A stretch of 32,000 nucleotides of DNA from Dubosiella newyorkensis (GCF_001945605.1 NZ_MPKA01000102.1:1006-33005), one strand, 5' to 3'; numbered from the stretch's first letter, positions 8,364-15,864 are shown. Notes: generated by a model from the sequence alone, not told the origin. Numbers and translations are program-made.

Positions 8364-8378
8364 TAAAAATAATTTTTA
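8364..8378. promoter_or_regulatory. 7-1-7 AT palindrome upstream of the blaI-like gene, a candidate operator
   Basis: taaaaat-a-attttta, followed by ttgcaa (-35-like). AT-only, so evidence is weak. It does not resemble the classical TACA/TGTA Bla/Mec operator. Confidence 0.25.
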
Positions 8379-8435
8379 TATTATTTCTTGCAAATGAAAT
8401 TAGCCGTTTAGTATTGTTGAAATAGGAGAGATAAA

Positions 8436-8810
8436 ATGAAGAAAACAATACTTACAAAAAAAGAAGAGGAAATCATGCGGCAATTTTGGGATCATTCGGA
8501 ACCTTTAGGATTTATCAGTTTATCTCGTTTATTGCCTGAATATAATCCTAATACTATGCGGGTTGTATTGAGAGATTTAAAAAAACATGGCTATATAAAG
8601 CCTGTGGATACGGAAAGTGATGGAGTGACGAAAACTCGTACTTTTGTTCCTTGTATCAATGAAACGGAATATGCGATCAGGCAGATCGAAACGACCCAAA
8701 TCATTCCGATTGCCGAAAAATTGATCGAGTCTATCCCTTCGCTAAAGGACCTTGAACAACTGAAGGCAATGATCGAGAAAAGAGAAGAGAAGCTTGGAGG
8801 AAAGAAATGA
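8436..8810 (+). CDS. BlaI/MecI/CopY-family winged-helix transcriptional repressor
   Basis: 124 aa. N-terminal LTKKEEEIMRQFW and ...VLRDLKKHGYI...TRTFVPCINETEY follow the penicillinase-repressor fold pattern. ATGA overlap with the downstream M56 protease gene. Confidence 0.85.
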   Translation: MKKTILTKKEEEIMRQFWDHSEPLGFISLSRLLPEYNPNTMRVVLRDLKKHGYIKPVDTESDGVTKTRTFVPCINETEYAIRQIETTQIIPIAEKLIESIPSLKDLEQLKAMIEKREEKLGGKK

Positions 8811-9931
8811 TGTTGTTTTCTTTGTCGTCCTGCTTATACGCCTTTACTGCTGGAATGATATTATCCATTGTTTTTCTGTTTTTGCTCAATACAAAAGCTT
8901 TGTATTCTGTGATCCATCCGAAAATTTTGGTGTTTTTCTCTTTATTGATCATCGTTCGCTTTATGATTCCGGGAGAATTGTTTTTTGCCAAAACGATATC
9001 GATGACATTCTTTGTCCCGGATCTGCATGACTTTATTAAAAACGACATCTTTTTTGGATATAACTTGATCGACATGTTTTTGTTGATCTGGATGATTGGA
9101 TCTATTCTTTTTTTGATCATCACGATATCGCAATGGTGGAAAGGATACAGGCAGCTAGAACGGATCAAAGAAAACGCCGTACAGTCCATTCTTTTGAAAA
9201 ATAGTGCGTGGAACTCTGCGAAAAGAGATTTAAAGGTGTTTAAGTCCAGATATGTCTGTTCGCCTTTTTCCGCCGGTTTGAAAGAGGCGGCCATTTTCTT
9301 GCCAGAAAAAGAGTATGATCAGGAAAAGCTTCGCTGGATCCTGCACCATGAAAGTACGCATATCTATAATAAAGATCTTTGGAAAAATCTTGGATACCGT
9401 TTGACCACTATTTTATTGTGGTGGTTCGTGCCGGTCTATATTTTTCGCAAGTTGCTTTCCCTATTTCAGGAAATTCGAGTCGATCAGAAAGTGCTGGAAT
9501 TTAAAACTGAAATAGAAGGAATTCAATACGCTCGATTTTTAATTGAGGAAGTGGAAACCCAAAAGCTAGGTTTGAACCAAAATCTGAATTTAGCGACTTT
9601 TTCCACATTAGGCGGATGGATGATGGGCAAAAGGTTAAGCTATATCCTGGATGAGAAACGAAAAGGATATTTAAATGTGGTGTTTTGCATACTGATGGGA
9701 GTTCTTGTGCTTTCTGGTTTCTGCTTCGTGATCGAACCCGATTATTCACTTAGCGAATACACTCTAAAACAATTTGAAGGCACTTATGGGGAAGAAGATT
9801 TTACTCATGGAGAAATTCAGGAGGATGGCAGCGTAGAGTGCTATTTATATAATGGAGAATCGATAAATTTTCCTTCTGAAGAATTAGTGACTACTATTTT
9901 TCCGAATTTGGAAATCAAGAAAGAGAGTTAA
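8807..9931 (+). CDS. BlaR1/MecR1-like M56 peptidase signal transducer lacking the C-terminal penicillin-binding sensor domain
   Basis: Multi-TM N-terminus and an HExxH zinc motif (HHESTHIYNKD). Only 374 aa, ending in one further TM and about 75 extracytoplasmic residues instead of a roughly 250-aa PBP-type sensor. Confidence 0.85.
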   Translation: MMLFSLSSCLYAFTAGMILSIVFLFLLNTKALYSVIHPKILVFFSLLIIVRFMIPGELFFAKTISMTFFVPDLHDFIKNDIFFGYNLIDMFLLIWMIGSILFLIITISQWWKGYRQLERIKENAVQSILLKNSAWNSAKRDLKVFKSRYVCSPFSAGLKEAAIFLPEKEYDQEKLRWILHHESTHIYNKDLWKNLGYRLTTILLWWFVPVYIFRKLLSLFQEIRVDQKVLEFKTEIEGIQYARFLIEEVETQKLGLNQNLNLATFSTLGGWMMGKRLSYILDEKRKGYLNVVFCILMGVLVLSGFCFVIEPDYSLSEYTLKQFEGTYGEEDFTHGEIQEDGSVECYLYNGESINFPSEELVTTIFPNLEIKKES

Positions 9932-9935
9932 ATCA

Positions 9936-10139
9936 ATGAAATCAATTTTATGTTTATTTTTATTTGGGTCTATGTTTGGACCTGCTGTTTCAATGGAACC
10001 ATTGAGAAATTTGCCGCTGATCGAACCGCATGCTGACCAATATGTTTGGAAAACAAAAGTAGAAAACGGGCATACTTATATTCGAAAATACAATCTCACA
10101 AAAGAGTGTTGGGAAGGTCCTTGGATCCAGGTTAGCTGA
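9936..10139 (+). CDS. Small secreted protein (67 aa precursor, predicted signal peptide)
   Basis: Starts 5 nt after the M56 gene stop, behind aagaaagagag. N-terminal MKSILCLFLFGSMFGPAVSM is a hydrophobic leader; the Trp-rich mature part is about 47 aa. Confidence 0.55.
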   Translation: MKSILCLFLFGSMFGPAVSMEPLRNLPLIEPHADQYVWKTKVENGHTYIRKYNLTKECWEGPWIQVS

Positions 10140-10171
10140 GTTTGGATAAATCGAACTTCCTACAGAGCTGC

Positions 10172-10213
10172 AAAAAAGCGTAGGATTTCGTAAATGAAAC
10201 CTACGCTTTTTTT
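10172..10213. terminator. Bidirectional rho-independent terminator
   Basis: aaaaaagcgtagg ... cctacgcttttttt: an 8-bp GC-containing stem (10177-10184 / 10200-10207) flanked by A- and T-runs, between convergent genes. Confidence 0.75.
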
Positions 10214-10252
10214 CGAGTAATGACTTGTCGCCTGTTGAGGTTGAAAAGAACG

Positions 10253-11521
10253 TTAGATCGAAGGATGGGAGCGATATGTAGAAAATACATATTTCTGGAT
10301 CAGTTCTTTTTGACGGACTTCCAAGTTTTTCAGTCGATAAAACATCGCTTCCAGCTCGCCTTGATCCATCAAAACAGGAACAGGATATAGGGGATTGGCT
10401 TCCTTAGAGGCGTGTTTAGCCATTGTCGGAATGTCTGTTTCTTGGATCTGTTCGATTTCACAAGGAATGTTCATCATGGCATTGAGCGAACGGATGGCTT
10501 GTACGAATTTTTCTGCACCAAGCGCGTCGCTTTCCAATGGAGTGCTTAATCCCGCGCAAATCGCAAGCTCATGAAGAGGTTTATGGACAGCTTGGCCATA
10601 CGCTTCGAGCATATAAGGCATGATGATGGCGTTGGCAAGTCCATGGGGAATGTTGTATTGACCACCCAAAGCGTGGGCGATCGCATGAATGTAGCCGACA
10701 TAGGCGCGGGTAAACGCTTTACCGGCAAGAAACGAGGCGTGAAGCATGTTGCTTCTTGCTTCCATATCGTTTCCATCCTCGTATACGCGTTCAATATTTT
10801 GAACGATGAGGCGTACGGCTTCTTTGGCGTATTGGCGTGTCTTTTTTGTGTTGGAGTGGCCAATGTATGCTTCTACGGCATGGCATAAGGCATCCATCCC
10901 TGTCGTCGCGCTCAAGGAAGGCGGTAATGTCCGGGTGAATTCGGCATCTAAAATGGCGTATTTTGGAATGAGGGTAAATGAATTGATCGTGTATTTGTGG
11001 TGGGTCTTTTCGTCGGTGATAACGGCGGCCAGAGTCACTTCGCTTCCTGTCCCGGCCGTTGTTGGAATGGCGACGAGTGGTGGAATGGGCTTATAAACTT
11101 TTAGCAATCCTTTCAATTTGGATAATGGTTTGTTAGGAAAGGCTGCGCGTGCACCGATCGCTTTGGCGCAGTCGATGCTCGATCCGCCGTCTAGAGCGAT
11201 GATGGCCGAACAGTTGTACTGATGGTACAGTTCGAGCGCAGCTTCGACATCGTCAACTTTCGGATTGGCTTGGGTCTTATCGTATAAGACGCACGATACG
11301 TTTTCGATAAACAAGGTGTCGATGAGCGTGGCGATCATAAAAGTTTTTGCTAAAAAGGGATCGGTCACGACAAGAACGGTCTTATTCTCCCAAGTTCTAA
11401 AGAGCGGACGAGCTTCTTCGAGGCAAGAAAAGCAAACAGGATCGTGGTAGGGTAAAAACGGTATGGCGATATGGAAAGCGTGTTGAACGAGTCGGCAGGC
11501 TCCTTTTTTGATCGGGTTCAT
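10253..11521 (-). CDS. Iron-containing (group III) alcohol dehydrogenase
   Basis: DGGSSIDCAKA, TTAGTGSE and HAIAHALGGQYNIPHG motifs. I prefer the ATG at 11521 (MNPIKKG...), which forms an ATGA overlap with the marR-like stop; the track start at 11578 lies inside the upstream gene. Confidence 0.9.
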   Translation of the reverse strand: MNPIKKGACRLVQHAFHIAIPFLPYHDPVCFSCLEEARPLFRTWENKTVLVVTDPFLAKTFMIATLIDTLFIENVSCVLYDKTQANPKVDDVEAALELYHQYNCSAIIALDGGSSIDCAKAIGARAAFPNKPLSKLKGLLKVYKPIPPLVAIPTTAGTGSEVTLAAVITDEKTHHKYTINSFTLIPKYAILDAEFTRTLPPSLSATTGMDALCHAVEAYIGHSNTKKTRQYAKEAVRLIVQNIERVYEDGNDMEARSNMLHASFLAGKAFTRAYVGYIHAIAHALGGQYNIPHGLANAIIMPYMLEAYGQAVHKPLHELAICAGLSTPLESDALGAEKFVQAIRSLNAMMNIPCEIEQIQETDIPTMAKHASKEANPLYPVPVLMDQGELEAMFYRLKNLEVRQKELIQKYVFSTYRSHPSI

Positions 11522-11958
11522 CGGGTGAGGTCCTCCTTGCTGATGGTGCGTAGATTTTCGGCGATAGAGCTTAAACATTTATACATGATTTCTCGCTCTT
11601 CTTTACTTAGAGATTGGCTGGCTTGTTGGACGGCTGTATTGGCGATCTCGTTAAGGTGGCACGCTAGCGCTTCTCCGCTTTTGGTTAGCTGCACTTTCGC
11701 GTTATAGTGTCCGTCTTTGCATACAAAGCCTTTGGTTTCAAGGGTGGCTAGCGAGCGTGAGATCTCGGCTTTGTCTTTTTGGCAGATGTCTGTGAGCCTA
11801 GCGGCGCTAAGTCCTTCAGGAAAGCGATAGAGCGTGATAATATATAAGGCATGTGTGCCTTTGAGCTGTTCATCTTTCATGATTTCGCTGGCGATCTTGT
11901 TCCAGTACTTCATGATTTCGAAAAGGATCAAAGTGAAACGTTCAAATCGAGTGATCAT
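11518..11958 (-). CDS. MarR-family transcriptional regulator
   Basis: 146 aa winged-helix pattern (LYIITLYRFPEGLSAARLTDICQKDKAEISRSLATLETKGFV). Confidence 0.9.
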   Translation of the reverse strand: MITRFERFTLILFEIMKYWNKIASEIMKDEQLKGTHALYIITLYRFPEGLSAARLTDICQKDKAEISRSLATLETKGFVCKDGHYNAKVQLTKSGEALACHLNEIANTAVQQASQSLSKEEREIMYKCLSSIAENLRTISKEDLTR

Positions 11959-11975
11959 ATAGGTCCTCCTACACT

Positions 11976-11991
11976 TGTTGACTTATCAACA
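11976..11991. promoter_or_regulatory. Perfect inverted repeat TGTTGA-ctta-TCAACA, a candidate MarR operator overlapping a TTGACT -35
   Basis: Lies 18 nt upstream of the marR-like start in the divergent intergenic region. A 6-4-6 palindrome is typical of MarR sites. Confidence 0.5.
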
Positions 11992-12075
11992 TTGGCATCA
12001 TACGCCTTTTTGTTTTTCTTCGCAATGCAAGAAGGCGAGTTTGATACAATAAAAATAGAAAGAGAGGGAGAAGGT

Positions 12076-12420
12076 ATGGCGACTTCCCAAGAATTTTGCG
12101 AAAGTGTGATCGAAGCGTTTTCTATTGCGGGAACGATCCGGGTCCGGGCGATGATGGGGGAGTATTGTGTTTATTATAACGACAAGCTCATCAGCGACTT
12201 GTGTGACGGACAATGTTTGCTCAAACGTACACCGACATCGGATGCATTGCTCCAAGGCGGACCGCTTAGTTATCCGTATGAAGGTTCGAAACAATTGATG
12301 CATGTTTTTGACGATTTTGACAACAAGGTGCTCATCGAGAATTTGCTTGCGGGCATGTGGAACGACTTACCAGAAAAGAAATCAAGGAAAAAGAACGGAG
12401 AAAAAAATGATCCATTTTGA
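12076..12420 (+). CDS. TfoX/Sxy N-terminal-domain protein
   Basis: 114 aa from the ATG at 12076, behind gagggagaagg. ...RVRAMMGEYCVYYNDKLISDLCDGQCLLK... matches the TfoX_N pattern. The upstream part of the track ORF overlaps marR and lacks an RBS. Confidence 0.7.
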   Translation: MATSQEFCESVIEAFSIAGTIRVRAMMGEYCVYYNDKLISDLCDGQCLLKRTPTSDALLQGGPLSYPYEGSKQLMHVFDDFDNKVLIENLLAGMWNDLPEKKSRKKNGEKNDPF

Positions 12421-13012
12421 AAGGGAAGTGTTTGATCCGGTATTGATTGAGGAAATGCTGAAGCATTTTCATCATGTGAATATCGCGATGAACGACGAGG
12501 ATGGCTATCCGTACGTCGTGCCGCTCAACTATGGTTTTGAAATCAAGAATGATAAGCTTTTTGTATATATTCATTGCATGAAGATAGGCAAAAAGATCAA
12601 TTTGTTGCAAAAAGATGCGCGCGTCTGTCTGGAATTCAGCGCCTTTAATGATTTTCCAGACCGGCCTTATAAAGGACATCGACACGACTATCGCAGTGTC
12701 ATCGCTAAAGGAAGACTAAAACTAGTCGATGCGAATGAAGATCTGGAAACTTTCAAGCGAGGATACGATTTGTTGTATTTGTGCAATGGACGGCCGATAA
12801 CGCCGTTGGAAAGTCGGAAGGTCATGCCAAACCTGTATATTGGCAAGATCGAATGCGACTGGAATGACGTGAGTGCCAAGTCGGAGTTTCCGCTGCGCAC
12901 GATCGAAGATGTGCCGTTTGTCGACGTGTACGAAATGGAGGAAGACACGACATCTTTTGACATCAAGGATTTGATCGTTGCCGCTAAAGCGCGGCAGAAA
13001 AAGACCGGATGA
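12407..13012 (+). CDS. Pyridoxamine 5'-phosphate oxidase-family flavoprotein (Nim/Pyridox_ox_2-like)
   Basis: 201 aa from the ATG at 12407. ...VNIAMNDEDGYPYVVPLNYGF....LFVYIHCMKIGKK..L...ARVCLEF is typical of the split-barrel FMN-binding family. It overlaps the TfoX gene by 14 nt. Confidence 0.75.
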   Translation: MIHFEREVFDPVLIEEMLKHFHHVNIAMNDEDGYPYVVPLNYGFEIKNDKLFVYIHCMKIGKKINLLQKDARVCLEFSAFNDFPDRPYKGHRHDYRSVIAKGRLKLVDANEDLETFKRGYDLLYLCNGRPITPLESRKVMPNLYIGKIECDWNDVSAKSEFPLRTIEDVPFVDVYEMEEDTTSFDIKDLIVAAKARQKKTG

Positions 13013-13063
13013 GATCGATTCTCTCCGGTTTTCTTTTCGATATTTCGAATGATCAAAGAACAG

Positions 13064-13088
13064 AAAAAAGGCCCTTGCGGGCCTTTTT
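13064..13088. terminator. Bidirectional terminator (ggccc-ttgc-gggcc with A- and T-runs)
   Basis: aaaaaaggcccttgcgggccttttt lies between convergent genes. Confidence 0.7.
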
Positions 13089-13122
13089 CCAAGAAAGTTT
13101 TAAGAAAGGGAATTTGATTATG

Positions 13123-13145
13123 AAGTGAGCTCTTTCAGCTCACTT
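13123..13145. other. Perfect 9-bp stem hairpin of unknown role
   Basis: aagtgagct-ctttc-agctcactt. No adjacent U-tract on either strand. Confidence 0.4.
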
Positions 13146-13186
13146 GTATTAAACCACATTCCTTTTATTGAATACAGCGAAATGCT

Positions 13187-14077
13187 CTATGCGTTTTTTA
13201 TTTTTTTTGGAGTCCATCTGCCGAAAATGCCGCAAGGAAGGATGCCGTTTTGATTGGTGACTGGAAGCAGGTTTTCGCCGACTTCGATCGTTCCTGGCTG
13301 AATGATCGCGCGTTTCATGACTTCATCGAGAGTGCATAAAGAAAAACCGGTTGTATAGCAGTTGACGATCAAAAAGAGAGGATCGTCGCTCAATAGTTTG
13401 CTTGCCTCGTGCACGAGTTCGTATAGGGAGTTTTCGAGCTTCCAAACTTCGTTTTTGGGCCCGCGTCCATAGCTTGGGGGATCCATGACGATTCCATCGT
13501 ATTTGCGTCCTCTTCGTATTTCTCGTTGGATGAATTTCATGACATCATCCACGATAAAGCGGATCTTATGATCTTCGAGATGATTGAGGCGCATATTTTC
13601 TTTCGCCCATTCGTTGATGCCTTTGCTGGCGTCCACATGCACGACTTCTTCAGCGCCTGCTTTCGAACAAGCCATCGTGGCACCGCCTGTATAGGCGAAC
13701 AGATTGAGGATCTTGATGTCTTTTTTTCCTTCTGCTTTTGCTTGCGCGATCGTCTTCATCATGAAATCCCAGTTGCTGGCTTGTTCAGGAAACAGGCCAG
13801 TATGCTTGAAGCCTGTCGGGGAGATCTTGAATCGAAGATCTTTGTATTGGATCGTCCAGAACTCTTTGAGTGGTTTTTTATATTCCCAGTGTCCGCCGCC
13901 TTGATTGGAGCGATGATAGAAGGCGTCCGCCTTGTTCCATTGGGTATCGTTTTCGATCGGCCATATTGCGACAGGATCTGGTCTTCGTAAGATCACATCG
14001 TTCCATCGTTCTAGTTTTTCCCGATTTCCCGTATCGAGCACTTCATAATCGATCCAGTCTTTCGCGATTTGATTCAT
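13187..14077 (-). CDS. Class I SAM-dependent (rRNA large-subunit type, RlmI/RlmK-like) methyltransferase
   Basis: Motif I LNLFAYTGGATM and motif IV IVMDPPSYGRG; 296 aa. Confidence 0.85.
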   Translation of the reverse strand: MNQIAKDWIDYEVLDTGNREKLERWNDVILRRPDPVAIWPIENDTQWNKADAFYHRSNQGGGHWEYKKPLKEFWTIQYKDLRFKISPTGFKHTGLFPEQASNWDFMMKTIAQAKAEGKKDIKILNLFAYTGGATMACSKAGAEEVVHVDASKGINEWAKENMRLNHLEDHKIRFIVDDVMKFIQREIRRGRKYDGIVMDPPSYGRGPKNEVWKLENSLYELVHEASKLLSDDPLFLIVNCYTTGFSLCTLDEVMKRAIIQPGTIEVGENLLPVTNQNGILPCGIFGRWTPKKIKNA

Positions 14078-14098
14078 TGTATCGACTCCTTTTCATCC

Positions 14099-14107
14099 AT
14101 TATAGCA
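14099..14107 (-). promoter_or_regulatory. Extended -10 promoter element (TGcTATAAT) for the methyltransferase gene
   Basis: The reverse complement of attatagca is TGCTATAAT, about 20 nt upstream of the ATG and RBS on the minus strand. Confidence 0.45.
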
Positions 14108-14153
14108 GAGATTTTATAGAACGGTCTTTTTTGGACTTTTTTGCGTATATTCA

Positions 14154-14220
14154 TTGAAGTTATATTGAAGTTATATTGAAGTTGACTTTGAAGTTATATT
14201 GAAGTTATATTGAAGTGAAT
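14154..14220. repeat. Six phased tandem repeats of TTGAAGT(TATA), spaced 11/11/12/11/11 nt
   Basis: Units start at 14154, 14165, 14176, 14188, 14199 and 14210. Unit 3 is the variant ttgaagTTGACT, supplying a -35. TATATT at 14206-14211, 18 nt downstream, supplies a -10. Confidence 0.9.
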
Positions 14221-14238
14221 AAAAAAGGGGGTCATCCG

Positions 14239-15681
14239 ATGTATTTAGAAGAATTGGTGGATACGATCTTATTGGAAGATATTGAAGTTGAATATAAAAG
14301 CCGACTTAATCGAGAAGATGTGCTTGGTTGGCTAAAAACGATAGGTGGCTTTTCTAACGCTCAAGGCGGCCGTTTTTATATTGGAGTAGAGGACAAGACG
14401 AATAAACTCATTGGTTTTGATCGAAAGGAAGCTGACAATGAAAGAAACTACTTCAATAATATGGTCAATGACCACATTGTCCCTAGACCACAAATGTCTA
14501 TTTCTTTTCTTTCCTATAAAATAAAAGAAAAAGAACGGTTTGTCATCTGTATCAAGGTCGCAGAATCGAAAATCAAACCTGTAATCTGCAAATATAAAGG
14601 AATCCCATCAATTTTTATGCGCAGAGATGGTTTTACCAACGGAGCCTCTTACGAAGAAATCATCGAAATGAGCATCAAAAGTAAAAATACACAATACGAT
14701 ATTCAGTTTTCTGAAACTCAATATGATCCAGAAGATTTCAAAGTGCTTCACTCTTTTTATGCTCGAAATAATTCCGGGAAAGAACTTCCCGAAAAAGCGC
14801 TTCGTTCTATGGGATTTTTTGATGAGCAAGGTCATTTAGCCAATGGAGCCATTCTTTTCTCCGATTCCTATCATGGAGAAAAAACAGCGGTTCAATGTTC
14901 TATGTTTTCTGGCTTCAGCAAAGGAAGCGACCGCATCGTAACTGTCAATCGTTTTTATGGGAACGTGATCGATTCGATTCATTTTATTTTGGAGTTTGTA
15001 GAACAAAGAATGAATCATTCGATGATCAAGAAGGAAGGATATCGGAAAAACATTGATTCTTTTCCAGCAAGAGCATTATTTGAGGCCATCATCAACGCGG
15101 TTGCACATCGTGATTACTATTTAGACGGGACCCAGATCCAAGTCGATCTATTTAAGGATCGATTAGAAATTTCTTCGCCCGGAAGCTTTTTTCAAGGAGA
15201 ACAATTATCCAAAACTTACGACCTTTCTTCGATCATTTCGAAAAGAAGAAACGAGTTGATCGCTGCAGTATTAGTAATGTGTAATGTGATGGAAGCGGCA
15301 GGAACGGGTTTTGACAAAATTGTTTTAGAATATCGAGATGTAAACAAAAAACATCGACCTTATATTTTTTCTTCTTCGAATCATTTTACGATCGTTCTTC
15401 CAGATCTTACATATTTGGATGGTGTGGAAAACGGCTCTACGCCACGGCTATCCTTTATTCCTGTAGAAAATGGAACGAAGTATGATCAAAAAGTGCTTGA
15501 ATTCTGTTATTACAGAGCGCATAAAATTTCAGAGATCGCTGAATATCTTGGCGTAAGCGACTCAACCTATTTTAGAAAAAATGTCATAGAGAATCTAGAA
15601 AAGCAAAACTATTTGCACAGCAGCAAACTCGGTAGAGCGAAATACTTCCGAACCAATCAAGAAATGGTGAGAATAGAATGA
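14239..15681 (+). CDS. AlbA_2 (Schlafen-like divergent AAA) plus HATPase_c_4 putative DNA-binding ATPase with a C-terminal wHTH
   Basis: N-terminus EDIEVEYKS....E....LKTIGGFSNAQGGRFYIGVED fits the AlbA_2 pattern. ARALFEAIINAVAHRDYY...IQVDLF.DRLEISSPG fits the RecG-C/HATPase_c_4 pattern. ATG at 14239 follows aagggggt; the track start at 14215 is a GTG inside the repeat array. Confidence 0.8.
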   Translation: MYLEELVDTILLEDIEVEYKSRLNREDVLGWLKTIGGFSNAQGGRFYIGVEDKTNKLIGFDRKEADNERNYFNNMVNDHIVPRPQMSISFLSYKIKEKERFVICIKVAESKIKPVICKYKGIPSIFMRRDGFTNGASYEEIIEMSIKSKNTQYDIQFSETQYDPEDFKVLHSFYARNNSGKELPEKALRSMGFFDEQGHLANGAILFSDSYHGEKTAVQCSMFSGFSKGSDRIVTVNRFYGNVIDSIHFILEFVEQRMNHSMIKKEGYRKNIDSFPARALFEAIINAVAHRDYYLDGTQIQVDLFKDRLEISSPGSFFQGEQLSKTYDLSSIISKRRNELIAAVLVMCNVMEAAGTGFDKIVLEYRDVNKKHRPYIFSSSNHFTIVLPDLTYLDGVENGSTPRLSFIPVENGTKYDQKVLEFCYYRAHKISEIAEYLGVSDSTYFRKNVIENLEKQNYLHSSKLGRAKYFRTNQEMVRIE

Positions 15682-15815
15682 AAAACCAGCTAACGCAGCC
15701 GGCTTCCATTTCCTTCAACAAGCGCTCTATGAAATCGAACACACGACAAAAAGCCATGCCGAAATATCGATGTTCAATCGTTTCAAAAAGAAGATCGAAG
15801 ACTTTAGCAGACATT

Positions 15816-15844
15816 TTGTTCCGCTTATCGATTCATGCTATAAT
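15816..15844 (+). promoter_or_regulatory. Sigma-A type promoter (TTGTTC, 17-nt spacer, TGcTATAAT) for the lipoprotein gene
   Basis: -35 at 15816-15821. Extended -10 TGcTATAAT at 15836-15844. ATG at 15865 is preceded by ggaggtg. Confidence 0.55.
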
Positions 15845-15864
15845 TCGATGGAGGTGAAATCTCC

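Noticed and set aside
8731-9294. 187-aa minus-strand ORF, with 8794-9030 (+) and 8942-9133 (-), overlapping the M56 protease gene
   Set aside because: They overlap a gene with a clear HExxH motif and TM architecture and have no RBS or motifs. They are AT-rich frame artefacts.
2849-10139. Mobile genetic element (transposon or integrative element) explanation for the AT-rich islet
   Set aside because: I could find no transposase, integrase, recombinase, terminal inverted repeats or target-site duplications at the islet edges. Foreign origin is suggested only by composition, so it is not annotated as a mobile element.
13108-13146. Mini-ORF ATG-AAG-TGA behind aagaaaggg, followed by a 9-bp hairpin; possible leader-peptide attenuator
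   Set aside because: There is no downstream gene on the plus strand to regulate, since the next gene is convergent. The hairpin lacks a U-tract. It is recorded only as a hairpin of unknown role.
14154-14220. Possible CRISPR array or minisatellite
   Set aside because: The units are 11 nt and directly abutting with no spacers, so this is not CRISPR. No cas genes are present. I interpret it as a regulatory or iteron-like repeat instead.
15584-15814. 76-aa minus-strand ORF after the AlbA_2 gene
   Set aside because: It has no RBS and overlaps the 3' end of a well-supported gene. At most it is a gene remnant (see finding), so I did not call it as a CDS.
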